Assembly: GCA_963422395.1 (NCBI GenBank)
Contig: OY729431.1
Location: 576,001 to 640,000, forward strand
Origin: Vicinamibacteria bacterium
Lineage (GTDB): Bacteria; Acidobacteriota; Vicinamibacteria; Marinacidobacterales; Marinacidobacteraceae
Direction of reading: 5' to 3'
Length of the DNA stretch: 64,000 nucleotides
The notes beneath the pieces were generated by a model. The model was not told the DNA's origin. It saw only the letters and a list, made by a program, of their open reading frames with translations, and ran no database searches. Below are positions 46,672-56,516 of this stretch, piece after piece (the first letter of the stretch is position 1; every line of letters begins with the position of its first letter). The translations under genes and the position numbers were made by a program.

Positions 46672-47832
46672 TCAGGGCTCCCCCTTCCAGTAGATGATGC
46701 CGCCGGCCTGCTTGCCGACATCCACCTTGCCGACGCGCGCCGCCGCGCCGATGTCATAGACCTCGACGGTGCCCGGCTCGCCGCCGACTCCTTCGAGGGA
46801 CACCAGGGCGTAGCGGTCGTCGTCGGAAACCACCACCCCGTGCGGGACCCGCCGGGTGGTCTCCGGTGCGGCGATCAGCGTGCCGCTCGCGAGGTCCCAG
46901 AACCCGACCTTGCCTCCCGACTTGTAGGTGGCGACGAGCACTGCCCCGTCCGAGGTGATCTCGAGGTTGTAGGGATTTTCGCCGGGGCCGGCGTCGAAGC
47001 GCCGGGACACTCGCCAGTCCTCGAGATCAACTTCGTAGATGGCGCTGTCGCCGTTGCCCGCCACGTACACCTTCCCGGCAGGCGAAGGCTTGGTGGCCCA
47101 GGTCGGCTTCACCACCGCCATCCGCATCCCCTCCATGCCCTCGTGTCCGGCGTGTGCTCCGGGGTCGGTTCCGAGCGGCAGCCGCCGGGCGACCTCGAAG
47201 CGCATGGCATCCACTTCGACCAGCTCGTCGTCCATCATGTTCACCGAGTAGAGGCGGCGTCCGGCGGGATCGAAGCGGGCGCCGTGGGGCATGACCCCGG
47301 TCTCGATGGTCGCCACCTCGATCATCGTTCCGGTCTCGACCACCGAGATGGTGCTCGGCACCATGTCGCCGTGCAGGTTGAAGTTCACGACATAGAGGAG
47401 GCCGGTGCTCGGCGAGATGTCCATCGTCGCCGGGAACATCCCCAGGGTGGCGTCGCCGAGCCACTCGTTGGTGCCGGTCTCGTACTTGTGCACCGAGCCG
47501 AACGGCATCCCGTGCGCGATGGACAAGAACCAGTGGCGGCCGTCGGGGGAGATGATGATCCCGTGCGGCCCCTCGGTTTCGGTGGGAAAGCTGCCCACCG
47601 CGATCTCGTCCACCTCCTCGAAACCGGACGGGCCGAAACGGAGCAGGTGCACGGTGTCGTCCGACTCGGCGCAGACATAGACGAAGTGGTTGCGCCGGGG
47701 CGGCTCCGGACTCTCGGCGGCGCTGGCCGGCGAAGCCGCGGCGAAGCTCCCCCCGAGGAGAAGCGCGGCGGGCAGCAGTGCCGGCAGGGGAGAAAGCCCG
47801 CGGAAGAAGCAGCGGCGAGTCTCCGGGATCAC
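46672..47832 (-). CDS. YncE-like secreted beta-propeller protein
   Basis: Repeated PHG, SPDG and TISVV motifs; signal peptide; GTGA-coupled to copy 3. Confidence 0.85.
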   Translation of the reverse strand: MIPETRRCFFRGLSPLPALLPAALLLGGSFAAASPASAAESPEPPRRNHFVYVCAESDDTVHLLRFGPSGFEEVDEIAVGSFPTETEGPHGIIISPDGRHWFLSIAHGMPFGSVHKYETGTNEWLGDATLGMFPATMDISPSTGLLYVVNFNLHGDMVPSTISVVETGTMIEVATIETGVMPHGARFDPAGRRLYSVNMMDDELVEVDAMRFEVARRLPLGTDPGAHAGHEGMEGMRMAVVKPTWATKPSPAGKVYVAGNGDSAIYEVDLEDWRVSRRFDAGPGENPYNLEITSDGAVLVATYKSGGKVGFWDLASGTLIAAPETTRRVPHGVVVSDDDRYALVSLEGVGGEPGTVEVYDIGAAARVGKVDVGKQAGGIIYWKGEP

Positions 47833-49940
47833 TGGGGCTCTCCCATGTTGCGCGGCGTCTCCGGGTCCACCAGTTTCACCGCCCAGAGCCCCGAGTTCCA
47901 GTCGGTGAAGAAGATGTGCTCCTTGAAGGGCTGCGGGCCCCAGACGAAGGGGGCGTTCTTCTTGTAGCCGTCGGGATCGGCGGGCTCGAAGAAGGCGATC
48001 TCCCGCCCCTGCCGGTAGAGGTCGCCGCGCAGGTCGCCCGAGACATCCACCACCCGCAGGCCGCCGTTGTAGTAGCCGACATAGAGGATGTCCTCCTCGA
48101 CCCAGAGGTTGTGGCTGCCGGCCTCCGGCACCTGGTAGCGCGCCACCTCGCGGCCCTCCCCGGCATCGTCCCATTCGGCGATGTGGATCCAGCCGGCGGC
48201 GCGGTCGGGGAGGTCTCCGTCGGGCTCGAAGCCGTACGGGAAGCTTTCGTCGCCGGCGAACACCAGCATCTTGCCGGTGGACTGGCTCCGGTAGGGGAAG
48301 CCGGCGTGGTTCCAGCCGTTCGGGTAGCGGAAGCTGCCGATCATCTTCGGGTCGTTCGGCGCTCCCCCGAGGCCGCCCCCCCCGATGTCCACCGCGACGA
48401 CGCCGTCGGTCCAGTTCGACGACCAGGCGATCCCGTCCTGGACCCAGACATCGTGGATGCCGTGGCCGGGGGTGTCCAGCTCGAAGCGGCCCACCCGGTA
48501 GGGAGCCGCCGGATCCTCGGCGTTCAGGATGTCGTAACGCCGCCCTGCCGAGAGCGCCAGGATGTGTTCGTCGGCGACGAACACATTGTGGACGCCGCCG
48601 CTGAGCTGGTCGTCGTAGCGCGCGAGGATGCGCACCCCGTCGGTGGGGTTCGAGACATCGAGGATCACCAGGCCGTTCTTCCGGTTCGACGCCCCCTCGC
48701 GGCTGATGACCGCGAACTTCCCGTCCGGCGACACTTTGACATCGTTCACCGTGCGCGCATCTACCCGCACCGTGTCCACCAGGTGGATGCTGGCCGGATC
48801 GGTCACATCCCAGAAGTAGGCGTGGCCGTCGGCCCCCCAGGTTCCGGTGATCGCGTAGTCGCGGCCGTCGAGCCCCTCCCAGACCCACAGGTCCGAGGTG
48901 TGGCGGTCGCGCACCGGACCGCGGCCCACGATCTCCCAGTCCTTTCTCAGGTTGCGCGGAGTGGCGCGGATGGTGCGCCGCGCGGTGAGACCGCCCCCCG
49001 ACACCACCACCGTGTGCAGCCCGGCGCGCTCGGCGACGAAAGCGCCGTCCGGCTCCACGAAGGCGGCGGCACCCGGCGCTACCAGTTCGTCGGGAGTCCG
49101 GGTGAAAACCCCGAACTGCAGCGGGTATTCGGGGACTTCGTCACCGTCCCCGTCGAGCGCCCGGGCCTCGAACCAGACCACATCGCCGGTGCGCACCTCT
49201 TCCCGGTCGGCGCCGAGTTCGAGCCGAACCGCCGGGTTCGGAACCACGGTGACGGCGGCCTCGCCGCGCGCCGATTCGGCGCTCGCGCTGATGGTGGCGG
49301 CGCCCTCGCCGTGGAGTGTCAGCATTCCGTGCTCGCTCACCGCCGCTACCGCCGGATCACTCGAAGCCCAGGTGAAGTCGGGCCGCCGCTCGGCCCCCGA
49401 GGCGTCTTCGGCGAGAGCGTCGAGCGGCAGGGAGGTCCCGGCGTAGAGGCTCCCCGGCAGCGCGGCGATTTCGATACGCTCGATGGGCGGCCAGGGCACG
49501 CTCACCGGGATCTCCACCATCAGTGCCGCCTCGGCGCGCCGGTCCAGTACGCCCGCTTCCCGCGGCACCATCGCCACCAGGGTGTGCTCTCCGGGGCGGT
49601 ACGCCTCGACGAGGCCCGCCGGGTTCACCCCGACCTGGCGGCGGGCGCGGGAGAAGAAGACGACGCCTCGATCCAGCTCGTTGCCGTCTTCGCCGCGGAC
49701 GACCGCGGTGAGCTGGGCGGTCTTCCCCACTTCGAGGGTGAGCTCGGGCGGGTCCACCAGGAGTTCGGCGGGCAGGAGCTCGGCGGGGTCCGCTTCGCCG
49801 GCTTCCTGCGCACCCGCGGCCGCGGCGAAGAAAGACGCCGCAGCGATCGGCGGGACGAGACTCCCGGCGGCGGCCGCCGCCCGGAAGAACCAGAAGCGCC
49901 GGCCACGCCAGCCGGCGGAAGATCGAAGCGTGTGCGGCAT
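47829..49940 (-). CDS. Ig-LVIVD protein copy 3 (more diverged)
   Basis: Same architecture and motifs as copy 1. Confidence 0.88.
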   Translation of the reverse strand: MPHTLRSSAGWRGRRFWFFRAAAAAGSLVPPIAAASFFAAAAGAQEAGEADPAELLPAELLVDPPELTLEVGKTAQLTAVVRGEDGNELDRGVVFFSRARRQVGVNPAGLVEAYRPGEHTLVAMVPREAGVLDRRAEAALMVEIPVSVPWPPIERIEIAALPGSLYAGTSLPLDALAEDASGAERRPDFTWASSDPAVAAVSEHGMLTLHGEGAATISASAESARGEAAVTVVPNPAVRLELGADREEVRTGDVVWFEARALDGDGDEVPEYPLQFGVFTRTPDELVAPGAAAFVEPDGAFVAERAGLHTVVVSGGGLTARRTIRATPRNLRKDWEIVGRGPVRDRHTSDLWVWEGLDGRDYAITGTWGADGHAYFWDVTDPASIHLVDTVRVDARTVNDVKVSPDGKFAVISREGASNRKNGLVILDVSNPTDGVRILARYDDQLSGGVHNVFVADEHILALSAGRRYDILNAEDPAAPYRVGRFELDTPGHGIHDVWVQDGIAWSSNWTDGVVAVDIGGGGLGGAPNDPKMIGSFRYPNGWNHAGFPYRSQSTGKMLVFAGDESFPYGFEPDGDLPDRAAGWIHIAEWDDAGEGREVARYQVPEAGSHNLWVEEDILYVGYYNGGLRVVDVSGDLRGDLYRQGREIAFFEPADPDGYKKNAPFVWGPQPFKEHIFFTDWNSGLWAVKLVDPETPRNMGEPQ

Positions 49941-50123
49941 GACTCTTTTCGAACCCTCCTGCTGCTCCCCCCTGCGGGGAACCGGCAATTGTAATCGGGT
50001 GAGGCAGCGCTCCGGGAAACCCCGGCCGGATCGGACCGGATCGGGCCGTCCGGTCCGGCAGCGATCCGCATCGGGGGTCCGCCTCGGGAACCGGCCTCCG
50101 CCGACTCCCGGCGGCGGCGCGCC

Positions 50124-51002
50124 TCAGCCGCCCCGATACTTCCCGTCGGGGAGGACGGTCGGGATCCGGTAGCGCGGGTCGGTGAGGAGTTCGAACACCG
50201 CGGGGTCGCCCGACATCAACAGCCCGCGGGTGTGGAGGCGCCACTCCCGGCCGATTTCCGGTGCGCGGTTCTCCTGCGCGCCGAGCAGCGAGGTCAGCGC
50301 CCAGTACAAGTACTCGACGAGCATGCACTCGTAATCGCAAGTCGTATCGTCGTAGGTGAACCAGGCTCCTTCCGGCCAGGAATCCGGCACCCGCTCGAAC
50401 CGACCGCCGCGCGCCCGGTCCATCGCTTCGGCCAGCCGGCTCTCCCGGGAGATCCCGAACGCTTCCGGCCAGACCCGGGCGTAGCCGACGAAGGTGATCA
50501 GGTGGAGCACCTCCTCGATCGCGGCGTCGAAGGGGCCGGTCCGGCCGTTCTCGTGCCATTCGGGGCGGGTCTCGTCGTTTCCGAGATCCTGGCCCACCGC
50601 GGCCAGCGATTCCGGCAGCCGCAGCAGGTCGCTCTGCCGGCTCCACATCGCGAGGAAAGCATCGGCCTCCCGCATCGCTTCCACCACTTCCGGCTGGTCC
50701 GGCTCGCCGTCCTCGTCGTTGTCGAGGTACCGGGCCATCAACCGGGCCGCGTGGAGCAGCTTCCGGTCCTCCACCTGCTCGAAAGCGAGAATGGGAATGC
50801 CGAAGACCTCCACCTGGCGGTGGAAGGCCGCGAGTCCGGGGTCGGCAACGGCGGTGATCCGGAAATTCGGGTCGTCGCCGGGCGAGATCGCCGCGGCTCC
50901 CGCAGCCCCCGCAACGGGTTTCGGCACCGCGGACCCGCCAGCGCCGCCGCTGCCGCAGGAGAGCGCCGCCGCCGAGACGGCAGCGGCAGCTGCCAGAAAC
51001 AT
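50124..51002 (-). CDS. Lipoprotein, possibly zincin-like with an EExxH variant motif
   Basis: Lipobox AALSC; AAIEEVLHLIT ... EYLYW. Confidence 0.65.
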   Translation of the reverse strand: MFLAAAAAVSAAALSCGSGGAGGSAVPKPVAGAAGAAAISPGDDPNFRITAVADPGLAAFHRQVEVFGIPILAFEQVEDRKLLHAARLMARYLDNDEDGEPDQPEVVEAMREADAFLAMWSRQSDLLRLPESLAAVGQDLGNDETRPEWHENGRTGPFDAAIEEVLHLITFVGYARVWPEAFGISRESRLAEAMDRARGGRFERVPDSWPEGAWFTYDDTTCDYECMLVEYLYWALTSLLGAQENRAPEIGREWRLHTRGLLMSGDPAVFELLTDPRYRIPTVLPDGKYRGG

Positions 51003-51210
51003 CGTTCGGCATTCCGTCAATGGACGGGACCTCCTCCGGGAGATGTTCCCACGGGAGGGCGGCGGGGGGCCGTTCGCCCTGACCGCAGCCTCGCTATTCC
51101 CACTTCCGCGGCTTTCCACCGGCTGCCCGCCGTCCCGGCGCAACGCTTCCGTATCGAAGTTACGGGGCATCACCGAGCAACTGGCAGGTATTTCTGAATA
51201 CACCGATGTA

Positions 51211-51265
51211 TTACCGGCAAACTTGCCGGTAAAAATTGTCATAACCATAAGTCTCTGTCTATACT
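51211..51265 (+). promoter_or_regulatory. Sigma70-type promoter of the BREX operon with an upstream perfect palindrome
   Basis: TTACCGGCAA-AC-TTGCCGGTAA (51211-51232); -35 TTGTCA 51236-51241; 18-bp spacer; -10 TATACT 51260-51265. Confidence 0.75.
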
Positions 51266-51275
51266 GTTCGCTCTC

Positions 51276-52109
51276 GTGCCTGTCCTCGCTGCTCCGCCGA
51301 CCGCGTGGACCACCTCCGCTGCCTGGGAAGACCGGACGGAAGCCAGGTCCAGGCACCGGGCGGAGCGCGCCGGATTCCGCTTCGGAGCCGTCGGTGCGCA
51401 CAGCAGCCGCACGATCATGCTGGCCGAACTGAGCGAAATCCTCGCCGCCCTCCCCGAGGACGCCTCCGCCGCCGCCTATACCGAAGCGGTGCTCGCCGAG
51501 AACGCGCTCGGAAAGCCGACCGCAGCCTCCCGAAACCACTCGCACCAGCACCTCCGCGAGCTCTACGGCTGCGACCCGCGGCTCCCCATCTTCCGCGTGC
51601 TGCGGCGTTTGTGGGCGGTGGACGAACCCGGACGGCCGCTGCTCGCCCTGCTCGCCGCGCTCGCCCGCGACCCGGTGCTGCGCGCCACTGCGCCGGCGGT
51701 CCTGCCGCTTCCGGTCGGCGCCGAACTCGGCCGGACCTCCTTTCTCGAAGTGATCCGCGCCGGGACCGGCGACCGGTTCAACGAAGCGGTGCTCGACAAG
51801 GTGGCTCGCAACGCCGCCAGCTCCTGGTCGCAGTCGGGCCACCTCGCGGGACGGATGCGCAAGCTCCGCCGCCGGATCGAGCCGACCCCGGGCGCGCTCG
51901 CGCTCGCGGTCTGGCTGGGGGCGCAGGAGGGGATCGGGGGTGCGGCGCTGCTCGACTCCCGCTGGGCACGGGTGCTGGACCGGACCTCCCGCGAGCTCGT
52001 CGAAGTCGCGTTCCAGGCGCAGCGGCACGGCCTGCTCGAGGTCCGGCGCGGGGGCGGGGTCTTCGCGATCGAAGCGGGCGGGCTCGATTTTCGGGGCGAT
52101 TCTCGATGA
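51276..52109 (+). CDS. brxA: BREX BrxA-like protein
   Basis: SRTIMLAEL, N.LGK.T..SR, L.ELY and RN..SSW.Q.GHL; first gene of the operon, ahead of brxB and brxC. Confidence 0.75.
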   Translation: MPVLAAPPTAWTTSAAWEDRTEARSRHRAERAGFRFGAVGAHSSRTIMLAELSEILAALPEDASAAAYTEAVLAENALGKPTAASRNHSHQHLRELYGCDPRLPIFRVLRRLWAVDEPGRPLLALLAALARDPVLRATAPAVLPLPVGAELGRTSFLEVIRAGTGDRFNEAVLDKVARNAASSWSQSGHLAGRMRKLRRRIEPTPGALALAVWLGAQEGIGGAALLDSRWARVLDRTSRELVEVAFQAQRHGLLEVRRGGGVFAIEAGGLDFRGDSR

Positions 52110-52657
52110 GGAACCGGCTCGAAGAGCTCGCCCGGCGCTACCGGCGCCATGTCCTCGCTCCCTGGCAGCCCGCACTCGCCGGTGCCCAGCGGGTCGTCTT
52201 CGTGGTGTACCCGGAAGAGCTGGAGCGGGCGCTGCGGGTGCGCCTCGGTGAGTTCCAGCACCTCACCGAAGCTGCCGGGCACGGCTTTCGCCGGACCGAC
52301 TGCACCCGCTGGTTCGCCGAGTGGCTGGCTGACGACGAGTACCGCGAGGAGTGGTTCGAGAGCCCGGACCTGCTCGCCTCGAAGCTGGAAGAGGAATTTC
52401 CCGACTACGCCGCCGCCAGGCTCGGCGACGCGCTTCGAGAGGCCGACGAGCAGAGCGTGACGGCCCTCACCGGAGTGGCGTCCCTCTACGGATTCCTGCG
52501 CGTCTCCAACCTGATCCGCAGAGTCGAACCCGAGATCCGCGGCCGGCTGGTGGTCTTCTTCCCCGGCGCGAAGGACGGGACGAACTATCGGCTGCTCGAC
52601 GCCCGCGACGGCTGGAACTACCTGGCGCAGGCGATCACCCTGCACGACGAGGCCTGA
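52106..52657 (+). CDS. brxB: BREX BrxB (DUF1788)
   Basis: VVYP...ER, GRLVVFFPG, NYRLLDARDGWNYLA. Confidence 0.88.
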   Translation: MRNRLEELARRYRRHVLAPWQPALAGAQRVVFVVYPEELERALRVRLGEFQHLTEAAGHGFRRTDCTRWFAEWLADDEYREEWFESPDLLASKLEEEFPDYAAARLGDALREADEQSVTALTGVASLYGFLRVSNLIRRVEPEIRGRLVVFFPGAKDGTNYRLLDARDGWNYLAQAITLHDEA

Positions 52658-52683
52658 ACGAAGCCTGAAGACGAGAGCTGACC

Positions 52684-55600
52684 GTGCCGAAGATCCGCGA
52701 ACTCCTCGAACGCGACCCCAGGACCACCGCGCTCGCCAACCGGGGGCAGGCGCGCCTCGGCGAGGCCGGCGCCGGAGAGCGCGGCGACGAACTCCGCGCC
52801 GAGCTGGAGAGCTTCGTCTGCAGCGGGCGTTTCGCCGAGGGCCTCCAGCGAATCCTGGATCGGTTCCTCGCCGCGCTCGACAGTCCGCGGCAGGAGGCGG
52901 TGTGGGTCAGCGGCTTCTTCGGCAGCGGGAAGTCGCATCTGCTGAAGATGCTCGTCCACCTCTGGAAGAACACGCAGTTCGAAGACGGGGCGACCGCCCG
53001 AGCTCTGGTCCCCGGGGGCCTGCCGGCAGACATCCGCGCCGCGTTCACCGAACTGGACACGCGGGCGCGCCGTACCGGAACCCCGCTCGCCGCGGCGAGC
53101 GGAACCCTGCTCGGCGAGACGGAACGGGTCCGCGCCGCGGTGCTGGCGATCGTGCTCCGAGCTTGCGGCCTCCCGACCGGGGTGCAGCAGGCGCGGTTCT
53201 GTTTCTGGCTGCGAGAGCAGGGGCACCTCGCCCCGGTGCGCGCCGCGGTCGAGGCCTCGGGAAAGCCTTGGCATCGGGAGCTGAACAGCTTCCTGGTGAG
53301 CCCGAAGATCGCCGAGGCGCTCCTCGAAGCGCGGCCCGATCTCGCTGACGGGCCGAAGGAGCTCCGGCCGCTGCTCGCCAGCCAGTTCCCGCCCCTCAGC
53401 GGCGATCTGACGACCGACGAGTTCGTGGACCTCGCCTGGAAGGCACTGTCGGGCGGCGGCCCGCCGGAAGACGGCGCCCAGCCGAAGGCGGAAATGCGGA
53501 CGAAGGCGGAAATGCGGCCGGCGGCGGAAATGCGGACCAAGGCGAAAACGCTGCCGCTGACGGTCCTGGTGCTGGACGAAGCCCAGCAGTACATCGGCGA
53601 GTCCGGAAACCGCTCGGCGGTCTTCACCGAAGTCGCCGAGGCGATCCAGACGCAGTTCGCCAGCCGCGTCGCCCTCGTCGCCTCCGGCCAATCCGCACTC
53701 TCCCAGACCCCCGCGCTGCAAAAGCTCCGCGACCGGTTCCGCAACCAGATCGAACTGACCGACGCCGATGTCGAAGAGGTGACCCGCAAGGTGGTGCTCC
53801 ACAAGAAGGCGAGCGCCGCTGCTTCGATCGAAGCGATGTTCGCCGCGCACGAGGGCGAGGTCTCCCGCCACCTGCGGGACACCAAGATCGGAGCGCGCGC
53901 CGAAGATCGCCGCACGCGGGTAGACGACTACCCCTTGCTCGGCGTCCGCCGGCGTTTTTGGGAGGCGTGTCTGCGGGCGGTGGACAGCGGGGGAGTCCAC
54001 AGCCAGTTGCGCTCGCAGCTGCGGATCCTCCACGACGCGCTCTCCGCCCTCGCCGACCGGGAGCTGGGTGCGCTGATTCCGGCGAGCGATCTCTTCCACG
54101 CTCTCGCGCCGGGCTTGCTGGGTTCGGGGGTCCTGCTGAACGAGATCCACACCCGGATCGGCAAGTTGGCAGATCAGGGATCGGAAGTCGGGACCGAGGA
54201 GGGGCGGCTGCGCCGCGACCTCGCCGCGCTCGTCTTCCTGATCGGAAAGCTGCCGCGCGAAACGGCGGTGGACCTCGGCGTGCGGGCCGACCCCCCGACG
54301 CTCGCCGAGCTGCTGCTCGCCGACCTCGCCGCCGACTCCGGCCCCTTCCGGAAGCGGGTCGAGGGCGCCCTGTCCGCGCTGGCCGGCGAACGGGAACGGG
54401 TGCTGATGCGGGTGGGCGGCGAATACCGCCTGCAGACCACCGAAGGCGCTGCCTGGGACAGCGAGTTCCAGCGACAGACGACGGCGGTCCGGAACGACGA
54501 GGCGGCCATCGGCGCCGAGCGCGACCGGTTGTTCGGCGCCGCGCTGCAAGAAACGGTCGCTGCGATCAGACTGCGGCACGGCGCCGCGAAAGAACGCCGG
54601 CCGCTTCGCCTCCACCGCGGCGCCGAGCCTCCGCCGCCGGGCGCCGAGGGAGTGACCGTCTGGCTCGGCGATGGCTGGATGGGTTCGGAGCGGGAGTTCG
54701 AGGAGCAGGCGCGGGCCGCCGGGACCGACGATCCGACGCTCCATGTCCACCTTCCGAAACGGGATGGGGACGCGCTGCGCGACCGCATCGTGGCGGCGCT
54801 TTCGGCGCGGCGGGTTCTCGATCACCGCGGTACCCCGCAATCCCCCGAGGGACGCGAAGCGCGCGCCGGCATGGAAAGCCGCCGGTCCGAAGCGGAGAAC
54901 GGGCGCGACGGCATCGTCCGCGGCCTGCTGCGGGAGGCGAGGGTGCTGCAGGGCGGCGGGAACGAGATCTCCGTCGGGGCCGGCGGTCTCGCGGAACACA
55001 TCGAGAAGGGCGCCCGGGCATCGCTCGACCGCCTCTATCCGCGCTTCGCGGAGGGCGACGGCGCCGCCTGGAGCGCGGCGGTGAAGCGCGCCCGCGAGCA
55101 GTCCGAGCGTCCCTTCGCACCGCTCGGTTGGGAGCAGGATGCCGCCGACCACCCGGTGGCGAAGGAAGTCATGAGAACGGTCGGGGCCGGGGAGCGCGGC
55201 AACCGAGTCCAGAAGGCGCTCCGGGTGCCGCCGTTCGGCTGGCCGCAGGACGCGGTGGACGCCGCCCTGATCGCTCTCCACGCCGCCGGACGGCTGCAAG
55301 CCGCCCGGAACGGACAGCCGGTCGCCGCCGGCCGCCTCGATCAGGCGGGGATCAAGACGACCGTCTTCCGTCCGGAGCAGGTGGTCCTCGCCGCGGCCGA
55401 GCGGATCGCGCTCCGCGGACTGTTCCAGCGAGCCGGCATCTCCGTCCCCTCGGGCGAAGAGGAACGGGGCGCGCGGGAGTTCCTCGCGGCGCTCCGGGCT
55501 CTCGCGGCGCGGGCGGGGGGCTCCCCGCCGCTCCCGCCCGTACCGGATTCGTCTCCGCCGGTTTCGGCACTCCTCGAGGATCTAGGACAGCGGACCGGAA

Positions 55601-56355
55601 ACGACCAGCTGCGGGCGATACATCGGCACCAGAAGGAACTCGAGCCGCTCCCCGAGGCCTGGAAGGCGCTCGCCGGGCGAGCCGAACCGCGCCAGCTCGC
55701 CTGGAAGCAGGTGCAGGAGCTCTGCCGGTATGCGGAGGACATACACCCCGAGCGCCGGTCGGTCGTGGAGGAGACCGCTCTGGAACTCGAGGCGGTCCGG
55801 GGCCGGCGGTCGCTGCTCGCGGAAACCGACCCGCTCGCACCGCTGATAGCGAAGCTGGCCGCCGCGCTGCGCACCGAACTGACGGCGCTCCACCGCGCCT
55901 TCGACGACGCGGTCCGAGAAGCGGACGAACGGCTGGCAGCCGACCCGCACTGGACCGGGCTCGACCCGGAGGAGCGGAGGAAGATCCGGCGGGCACACCA
56001 TCTGTTCCCCCCGCCGCCGCTCGAAATCCCGACGGACGAGGACCTGCTGCGAACGCTCGGCGAACGGCGGCTCTCCGCCTGGCGGGCGGAAGCCGATGCG
56101 GTGGGTCCGCGGCTCGAGCGCGCCCTCGCCGAAGCGGCGGAAAAACCTGCCGCGGCCGAAAAACATGCCGCAGCGGGGAATGTCACCGCGCCCCGAACCC
56201 CGGAGCCAGACGACCCCGAAGCCCTCGAGACGGCCGCCGCGGTCCCCCTCCGCCGCACCACCCTGGCCGACGAAGCGGCGGTCCGGGCCTGGCTGCGGGA
56301 AACCGAGACCGCGCTTCTCGAAGGAGTCCGCAAGGGCCCGGTTCGAGTGGAATAG
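52684..56355 (+). CDS. brxC: BREX P-loop ATPase BrxC
   Basis: WVSGFFGSGKSH Walker A; LVLDEAQQYIG Walker B; DRF, YP and PPFGWP motifs; 1223 aa. Confidence 0.93.
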   Translation: MPKIRELLERDPRTTALANRGQARLGEAGAGERGDELRAELESFVCSGRFAEGLQRILDRFLAALDSPRQEAVWVSGFFGSGKSHLLKMLVHLWKNTQFEDGATARALVPGGLPADIRAAFTELDTRARRTGTPLAAASGTLLGETERVRAAVLAIVLRACGLPTGVQQARFCFWLREQGHLAPVRAAVEASGKPWHRELNSFLVSPKIAEALLEARPDLADGPKELRPLLASQFPPLSGDLTTDEFVDLAWKALSGGGPPEDGAQPKAEMRTKAEMRPAAEMRTKAKTLPLTVLVLDEAQQYIGESGNRSAVFTEVAEAIQTQFASRVALVASGQSALSQTPALQKLRDRFRNQIELTDADVEEVTRKVVLHKKASAAASIEAMFAAHEGEVSRHLRDTKIGARAEDRRTRVDDYPLLGVRRRFWEACLRAVDSGGVHSQLRSQLRILHDALSALADRELGALIPASDLFHALAPGLLGSGVLLNEIHTRIGKLADQGSEVGTEEGRLRRDLAALVFLIGKLPRETAVDLGVRADPPTLAELLLADLAADSGPFRKRVEGALSALAGERERVLMRVGGEYRLQTTEGAAWDSEFQRQTTAVRNDEAAIGAERDRLFGAALQETVAAIRLRHGAAKERRPLRLHRGAEPPPPGAEGVTVWLGDGWMGSEREFEEQARAAGTDDPTLHVHLPKRDGDALRDRIVAALSARRVLDHRGTPQSPEGREARAGMESRRSEAENGRDGIVRGLLREARVLQGGGNEISVGAGGLAEHIEKGARASLDRLYPRFAEGDGAAWSAAVKRAREQSERPFAPLGWEQDAADHPVAKEVMRTVGAGERGNRVQKALRVPPFGWPQDAVDAALIALHAAGRLQAARNGQPVAAGRLDQAGIKTTVFRPEQVVLAAAERIALRGLFQRAGISVPSGEEERGAREFLAALRALAARAGGSPPLPPVPDSSPPVSALLEDLGQRTGNDQLRAIHRHQKELEPLPEAWKALAGRAEPRQLAWKQVQELCRYAEDIHPERRSVVEETALELEAVRGRRSLLAETDPLAPLIAKLAAALRTELTALHRAFDDAVREADERLAADPHWTGLDPEERRKIRRAHHLFPPPPLEIPTDEDLLRTLGERRLSAWRAEADAVGPRLERALAEAAEKPAAAEKHAAAGNVTAPRTPEPDDPEALETAAAVPLRRTTLADEAAVRAWLRETETALLEGVRKGPVRVE

Positions 56356-56373
56356 CCGGAAAGGAACGACACC

Positions 56374-56516
56374 ATGAAAACCTCCGACCCAAACCGGTCG
56401 TGGCCATCGAGCCGCGGGGCAGCGAACGGACTTCGCAGGTCGTGAAGAATGCTGCGGACCGGATCGTGAAGTGGAACACCGACAGCATCGTGCAAGCGAT
56501 CCGGGAGCTCGCATGA
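56374..56516 (+). pseudogene. Internally deleted TIR-like (DUF1863/MTH538, ThsB-like) gene
   Basis: RBS plus MKT start joined out of frame to KPVVAIEPRGSERTSQVVKNAADRIVKWNTDSIVQAIRELA, a typical DUF1863 C-terminus. Confidence 0.7.

Noticed and set aside
42382-49940. Diversity-generating retroelement template/variable repeats
   Set aside because: Differences between copies are not confined to adenines and there is no reverse transcriptase in the window
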